Shown here: positions 12,125-23,607 of the stretch, piece after piece | How the letters are laid out: each line of letters begins with the position of its first letter | How positions within the stretch are numbered: position 1 is the first letter of the stretch | Assembly (NCBI GenBank): GCA_951406725.2 | Contig: OX597827.1 | Span: 4,092,001 to 4,156,000 of the forward strand | Direction: 5' to 3' | Length of the DNA stretch: 64,000 nt | DNA from: Octopus vulgaris | Lineage: Eukaryota | The notes under the pieces: model-generated | The model's database searches: none | Seen by the model: only the letters and a program-made list of their open reading frames with translations | Told to the model about the DNA's origin: nothing | Made by a program: the position numbers and the translations under genes

Positions 12125-13560
12125 AATGTTTGTTATGTGACTGGAAGAGTATCAAAGGACTGGTGCAGTGCCTGTATAGTTCCACTGTACAAAGGGGAAA
12201 GGGGATAAATGTGAGTGTGGAAATTTTAGGGGTATAAGTCTGTTGTGTATAGGTGGTAAACTGTATGGTAGAATTCTGATTGTAAGGGTGAGGAGCCAGG
12301 CAGAAAGTGTACTAGGGGAGGAGTAGTGCAGTTTTAGGAGTGGAAGGTAAGGCAGATGTGAGAAGTTTTTGGTAAAAAGGAAGGATGTGCATTGGACCTT
12401 TATGGACCTAGAGAAGGCATATGACCAAGTGGTTAGGGATGCAATGTGGCAGGTGTTGCAGTTGTAAGGAGTAGATGGTGGATTGTTGAGAGCTGTACAG
12501 AGTTTTTATAGAGAAAGTAGGGTGTGCATTAGGGTGGGTGGTGAAGTAGGTGAGTGGTTTGATGTGAAGGTGGGTTTAAGACAAGGTTGTGTGTTGTCTC
12601 CATGGCTGTTTGATCTATATATGGATGGTGTGGTGAGAGAGGTAAATGCTAGAACCTTTGGTAGGGGAACCCAAATGGTGGGCAAAAAGTGGAGAGAATG
12701 GCAGGTGAGTCAATTGTTGTTTGCTGATGATAGAGCACTGGTGGCGGATTTGGAAGAGCAACCGAGGAGACTGGTGGTAGAGTTTGGAAGAGTGTTTTGA
12801 GAGGAGGGAACTGAAAGTGAAAGTGGCTAAGAGTAAGGTGATGAGATGTTCAAGAGATGGAATGGCTCTGGTAGGATGGATGTGAGTATAAATGGTGAGG
12901 TGTTAGAGGAGGTGAGTGTTTTTAAGTATCTTGGATCACATGTGACACCGGATGGAGGTGGCGGTGGCAGAGGAAGTGGGGTACAGAGTGAGGGAGGGGA
13001 GTAAGATACTTGGAGTTCTGAAAGGTCTGCTGAGAGATAAAAGGTTGAGTATGAAAGCTAAAAGAGGTGTGTATGGGGGCGTGATTGTGCCAACAATGTT
13101 ATATGTTGCAGTCGTGGGGGGGGGCTGAGAGAGGCAGAAAAGAGGTGAGTAGATGTGTTTGAGATGAGATGTTTGAGGGTTATGGTTGGTGTGACACGGA
13201 TGGAGAGGATGAGGAGGTGTGAAGGGGAGCAGGAATTAGAGAAAAATTGACAACCAAAATGGATAGATGAATGTTGAGGTGGTTTGGCCACATGGAGACG
13301 ATGGATGAGGAGTGGATTTTAAGGAGGATGATGAAGGCAGAATCAGAGGCAGACCTCATGTTGTGTTGATGGATGAAGTGAGGAAAGCTTTGGTGGTTAG
13401 TGGTATTGGAGTGAGAGAGGCGAGCGGGTTTATAAAGGATAGGAAAGCTTGAAGAGTATTTGTGGACGTATGAGTAAATTTGATGTTGCTCAAAGGGGTC
13501 AGGAACCGGCATGATGCGGCAGGGGTATACCAGCACATGCTGTTGGGCCTCACTGCTGAT
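12125..13560 (+). mobile_element. 5'-truncated RTE-clade LINE, reverse transcriptase pseudogene
   Basis: Motifs VPLYKGKGDK.ECGNFRGISLL, FMDLEKAYD, GLRQGCVLSPWLF, LLFADD (ORF 12483-12800), FKYLGS and RWFGHME; multiple stops and frameshifts. Confidence 0.9.
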
Positions 13561-13967
13561 ATTGGGGGTTGCGTTCTGTGCCCTAACCCAAGCATTGGAT
13601 GGGGCTCACCTCTTTGAGCTGGGAAATGAATGGAATGCCTAGTGTGTGTCTTTTTGTGGCTACCCCCACCTAAAAAAAAAAAGGAATGGGAAATAGGTCT
13701 GAGTATATATATATATATAATACATGTATGTGTGTTTGTGGTTGTGTTTATTCCTCACACTTCATGAGAACAGGAGTTCGTTTGCTACATAAATGTTACT
13801 CCCTGTTACTTAACAGTTTGGCAAAAGAGAACGACAGAATAAGTGCCAGACTTCAAAAATTAGCACTAGTATTGCTGTTGACTTGTTTGACTAAACCTTT
13901 CGAGTTGGTGCCCCATTCTGTTTGCTGTCCAGTAACTAAAACAAGTAAAAGAACAAAGATTAACAGA

Positions 13968-14358
13968 GGCGCAGGAGTGGCTGTGTGGTAAGTAGCTTGC
14001 TAACGAACCACACGGTTCCGGGTTCAGTCCCACTGCGTGGCATCTTGGGCAAGTGTCTTCTGCTATAGCCCCGGGCCGACCAATGCCTTGTGAGTGGATT
14101 TGCTAGACGGAAACTGAAAGAAGCCTGTCGTATATATGTATATATATATGTGTTTGTGTGTCTGTGTTTGTTACCCTAGCATTGCTTGACAACCGTTGCT
14201 GGTGTGTTTACGTCCCCGTCACTTAGCGGTTCCACAAAAGAGATTGATAGAATTAGTACTAGGCTTACAAAGAATAAGTCTCGGGGTCGATTTGCTCGAC
14301 TATAGGTGGTGCTCCAGCATGGCCACAGTCACATGACTGAAACAAGCAAAAAAGAGAG
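13968..14358 (+). mobile_element. SINE family A, full length
   Basis: Matches the family A consensus end to end. Confidence 0.9.
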
Positions 14359-14779
14359 ATAAAAATATACATGCGACATGCATGCATATGCGCGTTCACA
14401 CACACACACACACAACCACACAACCTCGCAACACACACAACCACACAAACACACACACAAATACACACACACACAAACACACGCACAGGTAAAGAGAGAG
14501 GGGGAGGAGGGGAAGAGGAAGGAGGAAAGTGTACGAAGCGGATAAACTGCTGAAAACAGTCAAACACAGAAGCACATGTTCAAAGTATGTGTATTGATCT
14601 CTGCAGTTCGAATAAAAATTTCCAATTTCAGGCAGACGCGTGGAGACAGTCTGACATTCGGAGAAGGCGAATTCGACACAAAAATCAGCGCGAACACACA
14701 GACACAGGGAGAGATCCGTACAAGAATTGGTTAGGGGAAAGTTGTCTCCCTTGCAACGGACGCATCTTTTATAGGAATA

Positions 14780-15240
14780 TTCTTTTCTTTCCTACTCTAG
14801 GTACAAGGCCCGAAATTTAGGGGGAGGAGGCCAGTCGATTAGATCGACTCCAGTACGCAACTGGTACTTAATTTATCGGCGAGCTGGCAGAAACGTTAGC
14901 ACGCCGGGCGATATGCTTGGCGGTATTTCGTCTGTGTTACGTTGTGAGTTCAAATTCCGCCGAGGTCGACTTTGCCTTTCATCCTTTCGGGGTCGATAAA
15001 TATAGTACCAGTTACGTACTGGGGTCGATGTAATCGACTTAATACCTATGTCTGTCCTTGTTTGTTCCCTCTGTGTTTAGCCCCTTGTGGGTAATAAAGA
15101 AATAGGTACTTAATTTATCGACCCCGAATGGATGAAAGGCAAAGTCTACCTCGGCGAATTTGAACTCAGAACGTAAAGACATACGAAATACCACTAAGCA
15201 TTTTGACTGGCGTGCTAACGTTTCTGCCAGTTTGCCTGCC
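14780..15240 (-). mobile_element. SINE family B (minus strand) interrupted by a plus-strand SINE B copy
   Basis: Host halves at 14780-14878 and 15105-15240. Confidence 0.85.
14879..15104 (+). mobile_element. SINE family B insertion with 16-bp TSD
   Basis: GGTACTTAATTTATCG is duplicated at 14863-14878 and 15105-15120. Confidence 0.9.
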
Positions 15241-16199
15241 TTCTTGTATAGGAATATTAACTAAATTTGAATGTATTTTCGACTTAAAGTATTATTAGAT
15301 CAGTGTTATATATAACAGGCAAGGACTGTCCAACTAACCGGGAAGAACGAAGGGTGTGATGACTAATTATCTTGCTTGATAAAATTATGATAGTTTTAAA
15401 CTGTGGTATTTCGTATGTCTTTACGTTCTGAGTTCAAATTCGCTGAGGTAGACTTTGTCTTTCATCCTTTCGGTGTCGATAAATTATGTACCAGTTGCGT
15501 ACTGGGGTCGATCTAATCGACTGGACCCCTCATGTCAAAGAAGCGAGCATTATAAGGTTTAGCTATTAACGACAGAAACAGCCTTTGCAATGAATATTGA
15601 TTAACATACGGAACTGAACTTAGATGTGTTGTTTAAAATGCCTAGGACTGTGGTAAACAGCCCAAGAAATCATCTTGTTTAGTTGACAACTGTTCAAAAC
15701 CACAAATAATATTGGTTGATGACAATTTATCAGCACCTGGAGATGGCACTGTTGTGTTATGTGATTTCACCATATTATGAATTGTCGGTAAGAGTCAGTG
15801 AAATGCATATCGATACAAACTGTTTATTTGCATAAAGTCATATTTATTACATTTCAGTGCATTAAGTCTGGGATTTATTCTATCAGTCTCTTTTGTGGAA
15901 TCGCTAAATTACTGGAACATAAACAAACTGACACTGGTTGTCAAGTGGTGTTGGCATAGTAAGGTAAGATGGAATATGAAACAGCAGGGTGTGGTGTGGA
16001 GTGGTTTGATGCAGTTGAATAGGGAAGGGGGTTATGCAGTGTTATAGTAGCTTAATGTCTTGGGATATGATGCAGTGCAGTATGGGGTGATGTGGTGTGA
16101 TGTGGTGTGGTGCTTTGACCAATTGAATTATTCTGATAATAGTAATAATGTGAAAAATGAAAATGTATGCTACATGTAGAAGATGATAACCATTGATCG

Positions 16200-16540
16200 T
16201 CCCATTGTTGACCCTAATATCTGTTAAATTAGCGAGCAAGTTCTTTTCCATTTCTGGTAATGAGGAGCTTTACCAAGATCCAATGAAAGTGTCCGAGAAG
16301 ATTCAGCAGAGAAGAATGAGAATTGCTAGTTATTGCATCAAGCACCCAGAAGAACCTATGTGTGTCTGGTCTTATGGCATCAGGGACGGAAAACATCTTA
16401 CCTCTGTGGACAACTTACTTCAGGATAGTGGAATGGCAAATGTTGACGGATCAAGGACATACATGGGAGACCATGATGAATGGCATGCTTGTATGAAATC
16501 ATTGGGGCACCCAGGAGCATGGCCAGACTAACTAGTAAGC
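16200..16540 (+). mobile_element. Degraded RTE-like LINE C-terminal fragment
   Basis: ELYQDPMKVSEKIQQRRMRIASYCIKHPEE resembles the I..RR.R.AGHC.R motif of RTE ORFs. Confidence 0.55.
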
Positions 16541-16802
16541 AAAATCATAAAACTAGACAACCTTACTTCTTTCTCAGGGCCCCCTTTACTTGGATCCCCT
16601 GATCCTTCTTCACCTCTTTGTTATCATTCATACAGACCACATGTCTACATCAGTTTTATCTCCATTCTCGCATACAACAACTGATTCCTTTGATGGTTGA
16701 TTTCCTCTCAGCTTACCTTTGGTCTGGCTTTCAATCTTTTCTTACAATACAAATCCAACAAAATATGATTGCCTCCTTTCTGTATGGACTCTTTATAAAT
16801 CA

Positions 16803-17196
16803 CTAGCAGTATCGCCGGGCGTTGCTTGGGTTTGTAAGGGAAATAACTATATAAGCATTTTTAGAGAGTTATAGCCAAAAAATAGCAAAAATAATGCATT
16901 AAAAATGTAAAAAAAAATTATGGTAAATTTTTTAAAAATTGTTGACTCATTGTAGACATTTTTAGAGAGTTACTTCCCTTATATAATGCGAAAAAATGCA
17001 TTAAAATGGAAAAAATGATGGTAAATATTTTTTTAAATCGTAGACGCATGCTAATACCCAGAAGGGCTCGATATGAATCACGACTATAAGATACCCACTT
17101 TTGGTTAAACTGCACCGCAAAATGTGGGAGTAGTTAGGAATCTAAATAGGAGGAGACAGACTCTCACACACACAACTTCAGTTTTATATATAAAGA
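16803..17196 (-). mobile_element. Non-autonomous Helitron
   Basis: Minus strand starts TCTTTATATATAAAA and ends with a GC-rich hairpin plus CTAG, inserted between A and T. Homologous to 33650-34049. Confidence 0.85.
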
Positions 17197-17654
17197 TATA
17201 TAAATATATATATATATATATATATGCCTATAAGATACATATTGTTGCATGTAATACACACATACATAGATGACTAATTACATGTGTCTAACACATGTGG
17301 GAGTAGTTAGGAGACAGACACATAACCTTACTTTTATATATAAAGATTTCCTTTAACCTCGTAGTAGCTGACAATGATGCAATTACTACAGGAAAACATC
17401 TCCCTGAAACTATTTGATTGGGTGAATTATATGTGCCATTTCCCCAGATATTTTCACCATCTTAGTAACTGTAATTGATGGTCCTGTTGCTTGTCCTGCC
17501 TTCATTCTTTTAATGGTAACTATGTAACGATCATCCTCAATAGCTGGTTCCCATGTTGGGTCTAACTGGATAGGTTTCCCTGCCCCCTAGACTTTCTCCT
17601 CATTGAGCAACCACTCATAGTAGCTTTTCTACATTTCTACGATTTAATTCATTT

Positions 17655-17895
17655 GTGTCTTAACTTACGCTGTGCTGATGATTCCGAGGGTGGATGAAAT
17701 AATAGTGCTGTACATGGCTACCAGTGATTAATAGCTTTTAAAATTTTAGGAACTTTATTTTATCTCACGTAAAAAAAAAAAAGAAAATTAAAAATTAAGC
17801 ATTAGAAGTTTAAATATACATGTTTTTCAGTTTAACTTCGATTAACCAGGAAGATTCTCTCTCCTTTAATGATAACACCAGAAATGAACCATGTG
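17655..17895 (+). repeat. Direct-repeat unit 1 containing a hammerhead motif
   Basis: Colinear with 18689-18910 (GTGTCTT.ACTT...GCTGA..GGATGAAATA...TTTAGGAACTTT...GATTAACC...GATTCTCT...CACCAGAA). Confidence 0.7.
17669..17718 (+). ncRNA. Type I hammerhead ribozyme motif, nearly intact
   Basis: Stem I GCUGUG/CAUGGC; CUGAUGA at 17675-17681; stem II UCC/GGA with a U-U mismatch at its base; GAAA at 17696-17699; stem III AUA/UGU; GUA site at 17710-17712. Confidence 0.55.
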
Positions 17896-17943
17896 TATGT
17901 ATGTGCACACATGTGCATGTGTGTGTACATACATATATGCACG

Positions 17944-17985
<42 letters not shown>

Positions 17986-18688
17986 CATAAACTTACCAGG
18001 CATATTTAAAAAGCATAACAAAACCATTCACTATATTCTCTGATAGAGAAAATTTCTTGTTGACAGGTATGTGTAAACACACCGAGGTAGCTCCCAGCGT
18101 TCCACCATTCAGACTGGTGGATGTGTGCACTTTTGAAGTGACCTGTCTACACGGAGAAATTTCTCTCGTGACAAAATACAGTAAATGGCTTTCTTATGGG
18201 TTCAATATGCCTCAAGCCTTTTTGAACCAATATCAAGTTTGTATATATATATATACACATCACTGCTTAGCACTGTCATCCCATATACATACATACATGT
18301 GTGTGTGTGTGTAATATATGTAATGGGTGACATTATGCCAAAAGATACTAGATACAGATAGATTAGTGTTCAGACCAGATCAAATACCTAAAATCCAACA
18401 TCAAACAGTGAGAAACAGAATCTAGGCAAGCAAGAATTGGCTACAGGCAATGTACCAGTCAAACTAATGGAAGTAAAATCAAATAAAAGATGGACTGGAT
18501 GCAGTTAATGGCTTCAAAGCATTTATAAAATAATCATACAGATAGGTAAATAAACATAATTAAGCAGAAAACCAGGTAAAAATAGGAAAAGTTCATAGTC
18601 TAATGTCACAGAAACATCTACAAAGGATTGCTTCGATACCTCTCTGTCTTTTTTATTTGTGGCATTAGAGTATGGACTCTCTGGATAT

Positions 18689-18903
18689 GTGTCTTGACTT
18701 TGGTTATGCTGAGGGCTTCAAAGGAGGATGAAATAGTACAATGTCTAAATATTTTAATGGCTTTAGGAACTTTTATTTTATTCAATGTAAAAAAAAAAAT
18801 TTTAATTAAAAATGATGAATTAGAAATTTAAATATGCATTTTTTTACAACTTACTTAGATTAACCTGAAAAAGATTCTCTCCTCCTTAATACCCACCAGA
18901 AGC

Positions 18904-18910
<7 letters not shown>
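18689..18910 (+). repeat. Direct-repeat unit 2 with decayed hammerhead motif
   Basis: CTGAGGG-CTTC-AAAGGA-GGAT-GAAATAGTA at the position homologous to unit 1. Confidence 0.65.
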
Positions 18911-18961
<51 letters not shown>

Positions 18962-19157
18962 TGTGCTTGTGTGTTTGTGTGTGTCTTTGTATGTGTGTGG
19001 TGCTGTTACAGTACGGACATCTACCTATCTATAAAGAACTGCTATGATGGATTTGAACTTTCTGGATTTCTACCTGTTTGTGATGAACTGCTATAGTCTT
19101 TCCTTTTCCTGGTTTCTCCCAGTTTTCTACTTGATTATATTTATATATGTTCGTATA

Positions 19158-19378
19158 GGGCGGCGAGCTGGCAGAACCGTTAGCACGCGTAGCAGTATTT
19201 TGTCTGCCGTTACGTTCTGAGTTCAAATTCCGCCGAGTTCAACTTTGCCTTTCATCCTTTCGGGGTCGATAAATTAAGTACCAGTTACACATTGGGGTCA
19301 ATATTATCGACTTAATTCGTTTGTCTGTCCTTGTTTGTCCCCTCTATGTTTAGCCCCTTGTGGGTAATAATGAAACAT
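19158..19378 (+). mobile_element. SINE family B with ~18-bp imperfect TSD
   Basis: Flanked by ATTTATATATGTTCGTAT and ATTTATATACGTTCATAT. Confidence 0.85.
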
Positions 19379-19511
19379 ATATTTATATACGTTCATATCT
19401 GAATGAACTGTGGGTAAGTACACCATATTTCAGTTTGCAGCCTAGTACCATCTTATATACCAAAAGTTTATGAGTCAATACTACTGTGACCTGCTTTGTG
19501 TTTGTAATACA

Positions 19512-19711
19512 TTGTTTTCATCTTTTAGTGTTTCTCTACAGACTTTCTACAGAATTTAGAGCTTGCATTGAAATATGCACATACAACCAATTTTTCTATC
19601 TCTAATTGCATTGTTTACACAGGTATATTCATACATGAAAGGTCATAACTTTCAGTGCTAACTCTAAATTCTATAGAAAATCTGCAGAGATAAGCTTACA
19701 AATGAAAACAA
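19512..19711. repeat. Diverged inverted repeat (~65-bp arms)
   Basis: TTGTTTTCAT...CTCTACAGACTTTCTACAGAATTTAGAG pairs with CTCTAAATTCTATAGAAAATCTGCAGAG...ATGAAAACAA. Confidence 0.7.
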
Positions 19712-19957
19712 CATGAAGTTAACATAAAGTAGGAGAGAGTATTTGACTGATAAACCTTTAATATACTTAAAAATAAAATAATAATAATAATAATAATAAT
19801 AACGAAATGATTGTATACAGTGCTCAGGTGCACCACAACTTGTCAAAAGTGCGTATATGAAATCAGTTGGGTAGTTCTGGAGTTTTAGTAATGAGCACAT
19901 ACGGACACACAGGAAGACAGACAGACACACATTCTCAGTTAAAGCACCATCCGTTCG

Positions 19958-20238
19958 TGGCCGTTGCTAGCCTCACCTGGCCCCCGTGCTGGTAGCACGT
20001 AAAAAGCACCATCCGTCCGTGGCCTTTTGCCAGCCTTGTCTGGCACCTGTGTGGGTGGCACGTAAAAAGCACCCACTACACTCACGGAGTGGTTGGCGTT
20101 AAGAAGAGCATCCAGCCGTAGAAACATTGTCAGATCAGACTGGGCCTGATGCAGCCTTCTGGCTTCCCAGACCCCAGTTGAACCGTCCAACCCATGCTAG
20201 CATGGAAAGCGGATGCTAAATGATGATGATGATGATGA
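19958..20238 (+). mobile_element. RTE 3' tail fragment with (ATG)n
   Basis: Same family as 1-410. Further copies at about 3597-3655, 11490-11725, 29800-29898, 40436-40982, 41476-41820 and 50200-50458. Confidence 0.85.
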
Positions 20239-20530
20239 TACAAGGTGGTATCAAAAACTTCCAAGACTAGTTATGTTTAATAACTTATTTACCTAAGTTT
20301 TAACATCATCTCCTTTGAGTCACCTTGTGCAGCATTACACCATTCCTGGCATTCCTGCCACTTTTGGGATTTGGTTTGGAAGTCGTTTTCTGTGAGTTGA
20401 GGACCTTCCGCAATTTGCACTCTGGATCTTGACAACAGTGTTAAAACAGTGACCTTTGAGCTGCCTTTTCATTTTGGAGAAATGATGGAAGCCTGCAGGT
20501 GCTAAATCTGGTGAATAGGGCAGTATATTA
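20239..20530 (-). mobile_element. Mariner-like terminal fragment
   Basis: TA|CAAGGTGGTATCAAAAACTTCC terminus typical of mariner TIRs, followed by degraded transposase-like sequence. Confidence 0.5.
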
Positions 20531-21888
20531 TGGTTGCAAAACGAAATGCAGTGTCCATACCAGCAATTAATATGTATGTACTAATTGAAGGCGGTGATCT
20601 GGCAGAATCGTTAGCACTTTGAGTAAAATGATTAGGGGCATTTTGTTCATTGTTACATTCTGGGCTCAAATTCTGCCAAGGTTGACTTTACTTTTCATCC
20701 CTTTCAGGGTCAATAAAGCAAGTACTAGTTGAGCAATGGGGTCAATGTAATCGACTTATCCCCTCCTCCAAACTTGCTGGCTTTGTGTCAAAATTTTAAA
20801 CCAATATGTATTTACCGATTACCAGGAATGTGTTTAATATGCAAATTAGTCTTCCCAGTAGTGTTACACCACTAAACTTAGTGGCTATTTAAGCAATGTA
20901 TTCAGGGATAGTTGATGGGTTGGCTGTGGTGCTGAAAAAGGAGCAAAAATTCTGGAAATATGTATGTAGACCCATTAGCTGTTTTTCTGGCTTTGCATTC
21001 ATTATTGACATAGATGTATTTGTATACAAAATGTTGTAATCTTTAGTTCTGGCTTTAAATTTTATAGAATATCTGTAGAGAGACATTTAAAAAATGAAAA
21101 TCTGTATGACCATTTCATAAATGCTTTGATACCATTAACAATTACCTATCTATATTTTATTGTATGCATATGTATATATGCATGTATATATATGTGTGAG
21201 TATATGTATATACACATGTCTATATGTATATATATATAGATATATATTTGGGTGTGTGTGTGTATACACACAAGATTTTTTCTTATCAATCATGTCAAAA
21301 ATGAGATATTAAGAATAAATAAATAAATACTGTGTTTTAGTATTGATATTGTGAAAAACTTACCTAATATTTATGGTGATAAGGTTCTGGAGTTGTCATC
21401 TGCCCATGCAAGCTTCTTCAGAGAGCTGTAAGTGCAGCCAAAGTGATGTGAGCCCTGACTGAAGAAATGCTGTGTGTGTAGATTTAAAAAGTTATCTGTG
21501 AGAGCACCAATAGCTGGTGAAGATATTTATACGAGTAGAAGGATAGGATTTAATAAGGATAGAAATGCAAGGGTCTAGGGGTTACACCTAATGACTGGAA
21601 GATAACAAAATTTTTAGTTATTAATATAAATATAACTGAACAGGTTGTTTACAAAAAGAAGTGGTCAACAATATTTTTTGAGGATACCATTTTTTTTAAA
21701 TTTCTTCTGTTATTTATTTATTTTACAAAGTTCCCTTTTTGGGATATTTTTTTGGCAAGAAATTTTTTTATTTCAAACATTGTTGTATTTTGTTAGAGTC
21801 GTGTTTGTTATTTTGTTAATTTTTTTTTCCAGTTAATAAATATGTATTGACTTTTTTCATTATCTTCTTTTTTTTTCAATGTGAAAAA

Positions 21889-21946
<58 letters not shown>

Positions 21947-22671
21947 CTCTTTCTTTATTGGCTACAAAGGCTGTGAATAATGATAAATATGTACATTGTT
22001 TGTCATTAAATTTGTGATGAGGTGGATGGAGTTCAGTGAACAGGATATGAATGTGTGATGAAGAATTCCTGATGAGAGCAGCAGCTTACTGGAATAATAG
22101 TATGAATAACAAAGGGTGTTGGGTTGGCAGAATCGGTAGAGCACTGGACAAACATACCTTGTGCTATTTGGTTAAGTCCCTTTACATTCTGAGTTTAAAA
22201 CCTGCCCTGGTCGACTTTGCCATTCCTCCTTCCGAGGTCGATAAAATAAGTACCAGATAAAGTACTGGGGTCGTTATAATCGACTAAAACCCTTGAAGGT
22301 GGTGCCCCAGCATGGCCACTGTCCAATGACTTAAAACAGTAAAAGAAAAAAAAAAAAAGAATAATGTCAATAACTTACTAACTATGCATGTGTTCAATAG
22401 CTAACATATTAATTAATTAATGAAATCAACAGGCCACTAAATAAAATGCAATAAAATTCTTTAAAAAAATTCAGATATTTGCATAATATAGGAATATATG
22501 CTGTTTCACATTTGAGTAGCTTTCCCGTTTAATTAATGACTTAATTCACCATGGCATAATAGGGAAATGAAACACAAAGACACTATCAACAGGAAACAAC
22601 TGTTAAGGAGGAGATGGGAACATATTTTATATTGAACATTAAGAATATGATAAGAATATATATGTATGTAT

Positions 22672-23037
22672 ATAAAATTTAATAAGGGTAGAAATTGATA
22701 TTAATCAATTAAAACCAGTGGCCCAGCATATTAAAAACTCCGAAGATTAAAATATTTTTCCATACAAAATTTAAAGGACTGACCACTAAAAGTGGACGGT
22801 CAACATGTTAGATATAGACGTCAAATCGCTATTTTCCATAAGCAAGACAAATGAAAATATACGAAATAAAAATGATTTTTATTTCGTATATTTTCATTTG
22901 TCTTGCTTATTTTTACGCTTTGGCTTTTTGCTGAGTTTTATTTGAGAACATATTCTTTGTGGAAAATAGCGATTTGACGTCTATATCTAGCATGTTGACC
23001 GTCCACTTTTAGTGGTCAGTCCTTTAAATTTTGTATG
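22672..23037. repeat. Nested fold-back element (78-bp outer arms, 36-bp perfect inner palindrome)
   Basis: 22761-22838 is inverted at 22960-23037, and 22838-22873 is inverted at 22875-22910. Related to 35812-36050. Confidence 0.85.
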
Positions 23038-23049
23038 TATGTATATATA

Positions 23050-23508
23050 TAATGATAATAAAATTATTGTGTATAGCGCTCAGGTGCACAACAACTCATC
23101 AAATGTGCATGTATAGTGCATAGAATTATGTACTAAAGTCAGGAAAGTGAAAAGTGTGAGCCATGATGTACATGTGTGCATGTGTATGGAGTGGGGGGAT
23201 ATCAGGTGTAGTGTTGGCGAATTTCAGGAAGCATGGAGGTTTTAAAGGATGCAATGTCTCAGCAACTAACAACTGATGCAGGTAGTTTGTTCCATGCTTC
23301 AGCAACTCTGAGTGTGAAAATGTTTCCAAAAGTCATGTGAGCTATACTTTTTCCTGACTTTGTAGCCATGCCCACATGTGTTAGACACATGGAGCTCAAA
23401 AAGATGCTCAGGTTAGGTCTGGGCACGATGGTTAATAATTTTGTGGGTGTTTAACAATTCAGTTGCCAGGCGTCAGAGCTTCAATGTATCTATGCCCAGA
23501 GAAGCAAG
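23050..23508 (-). mobile_element. CR1/L2-type LINE 3' end
   Basis: Minus strand gives RRLATELLNTHKIINH and a FSLRVAEAWNKLP-like motif. The tail GTGCACCTGAGCRCTRTACAC(AAT)n also occurs at ~19800-19850 and ~25015-25057. Confidence 0.7.
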
Positions 23509-23574
23509 TGGTGTGGATTTCCACCTCGGCATCCGAAACTCAGAGTTTTATCTTGGCTACTGAATAATTATCAC

Positions 23575-23607
<33 letters not shown>

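Noticed and set aside
21385-21425. Minus-strand CTGAAGA candidate ribozyme
   Set aside because: No stem II-GAAA arrangement.
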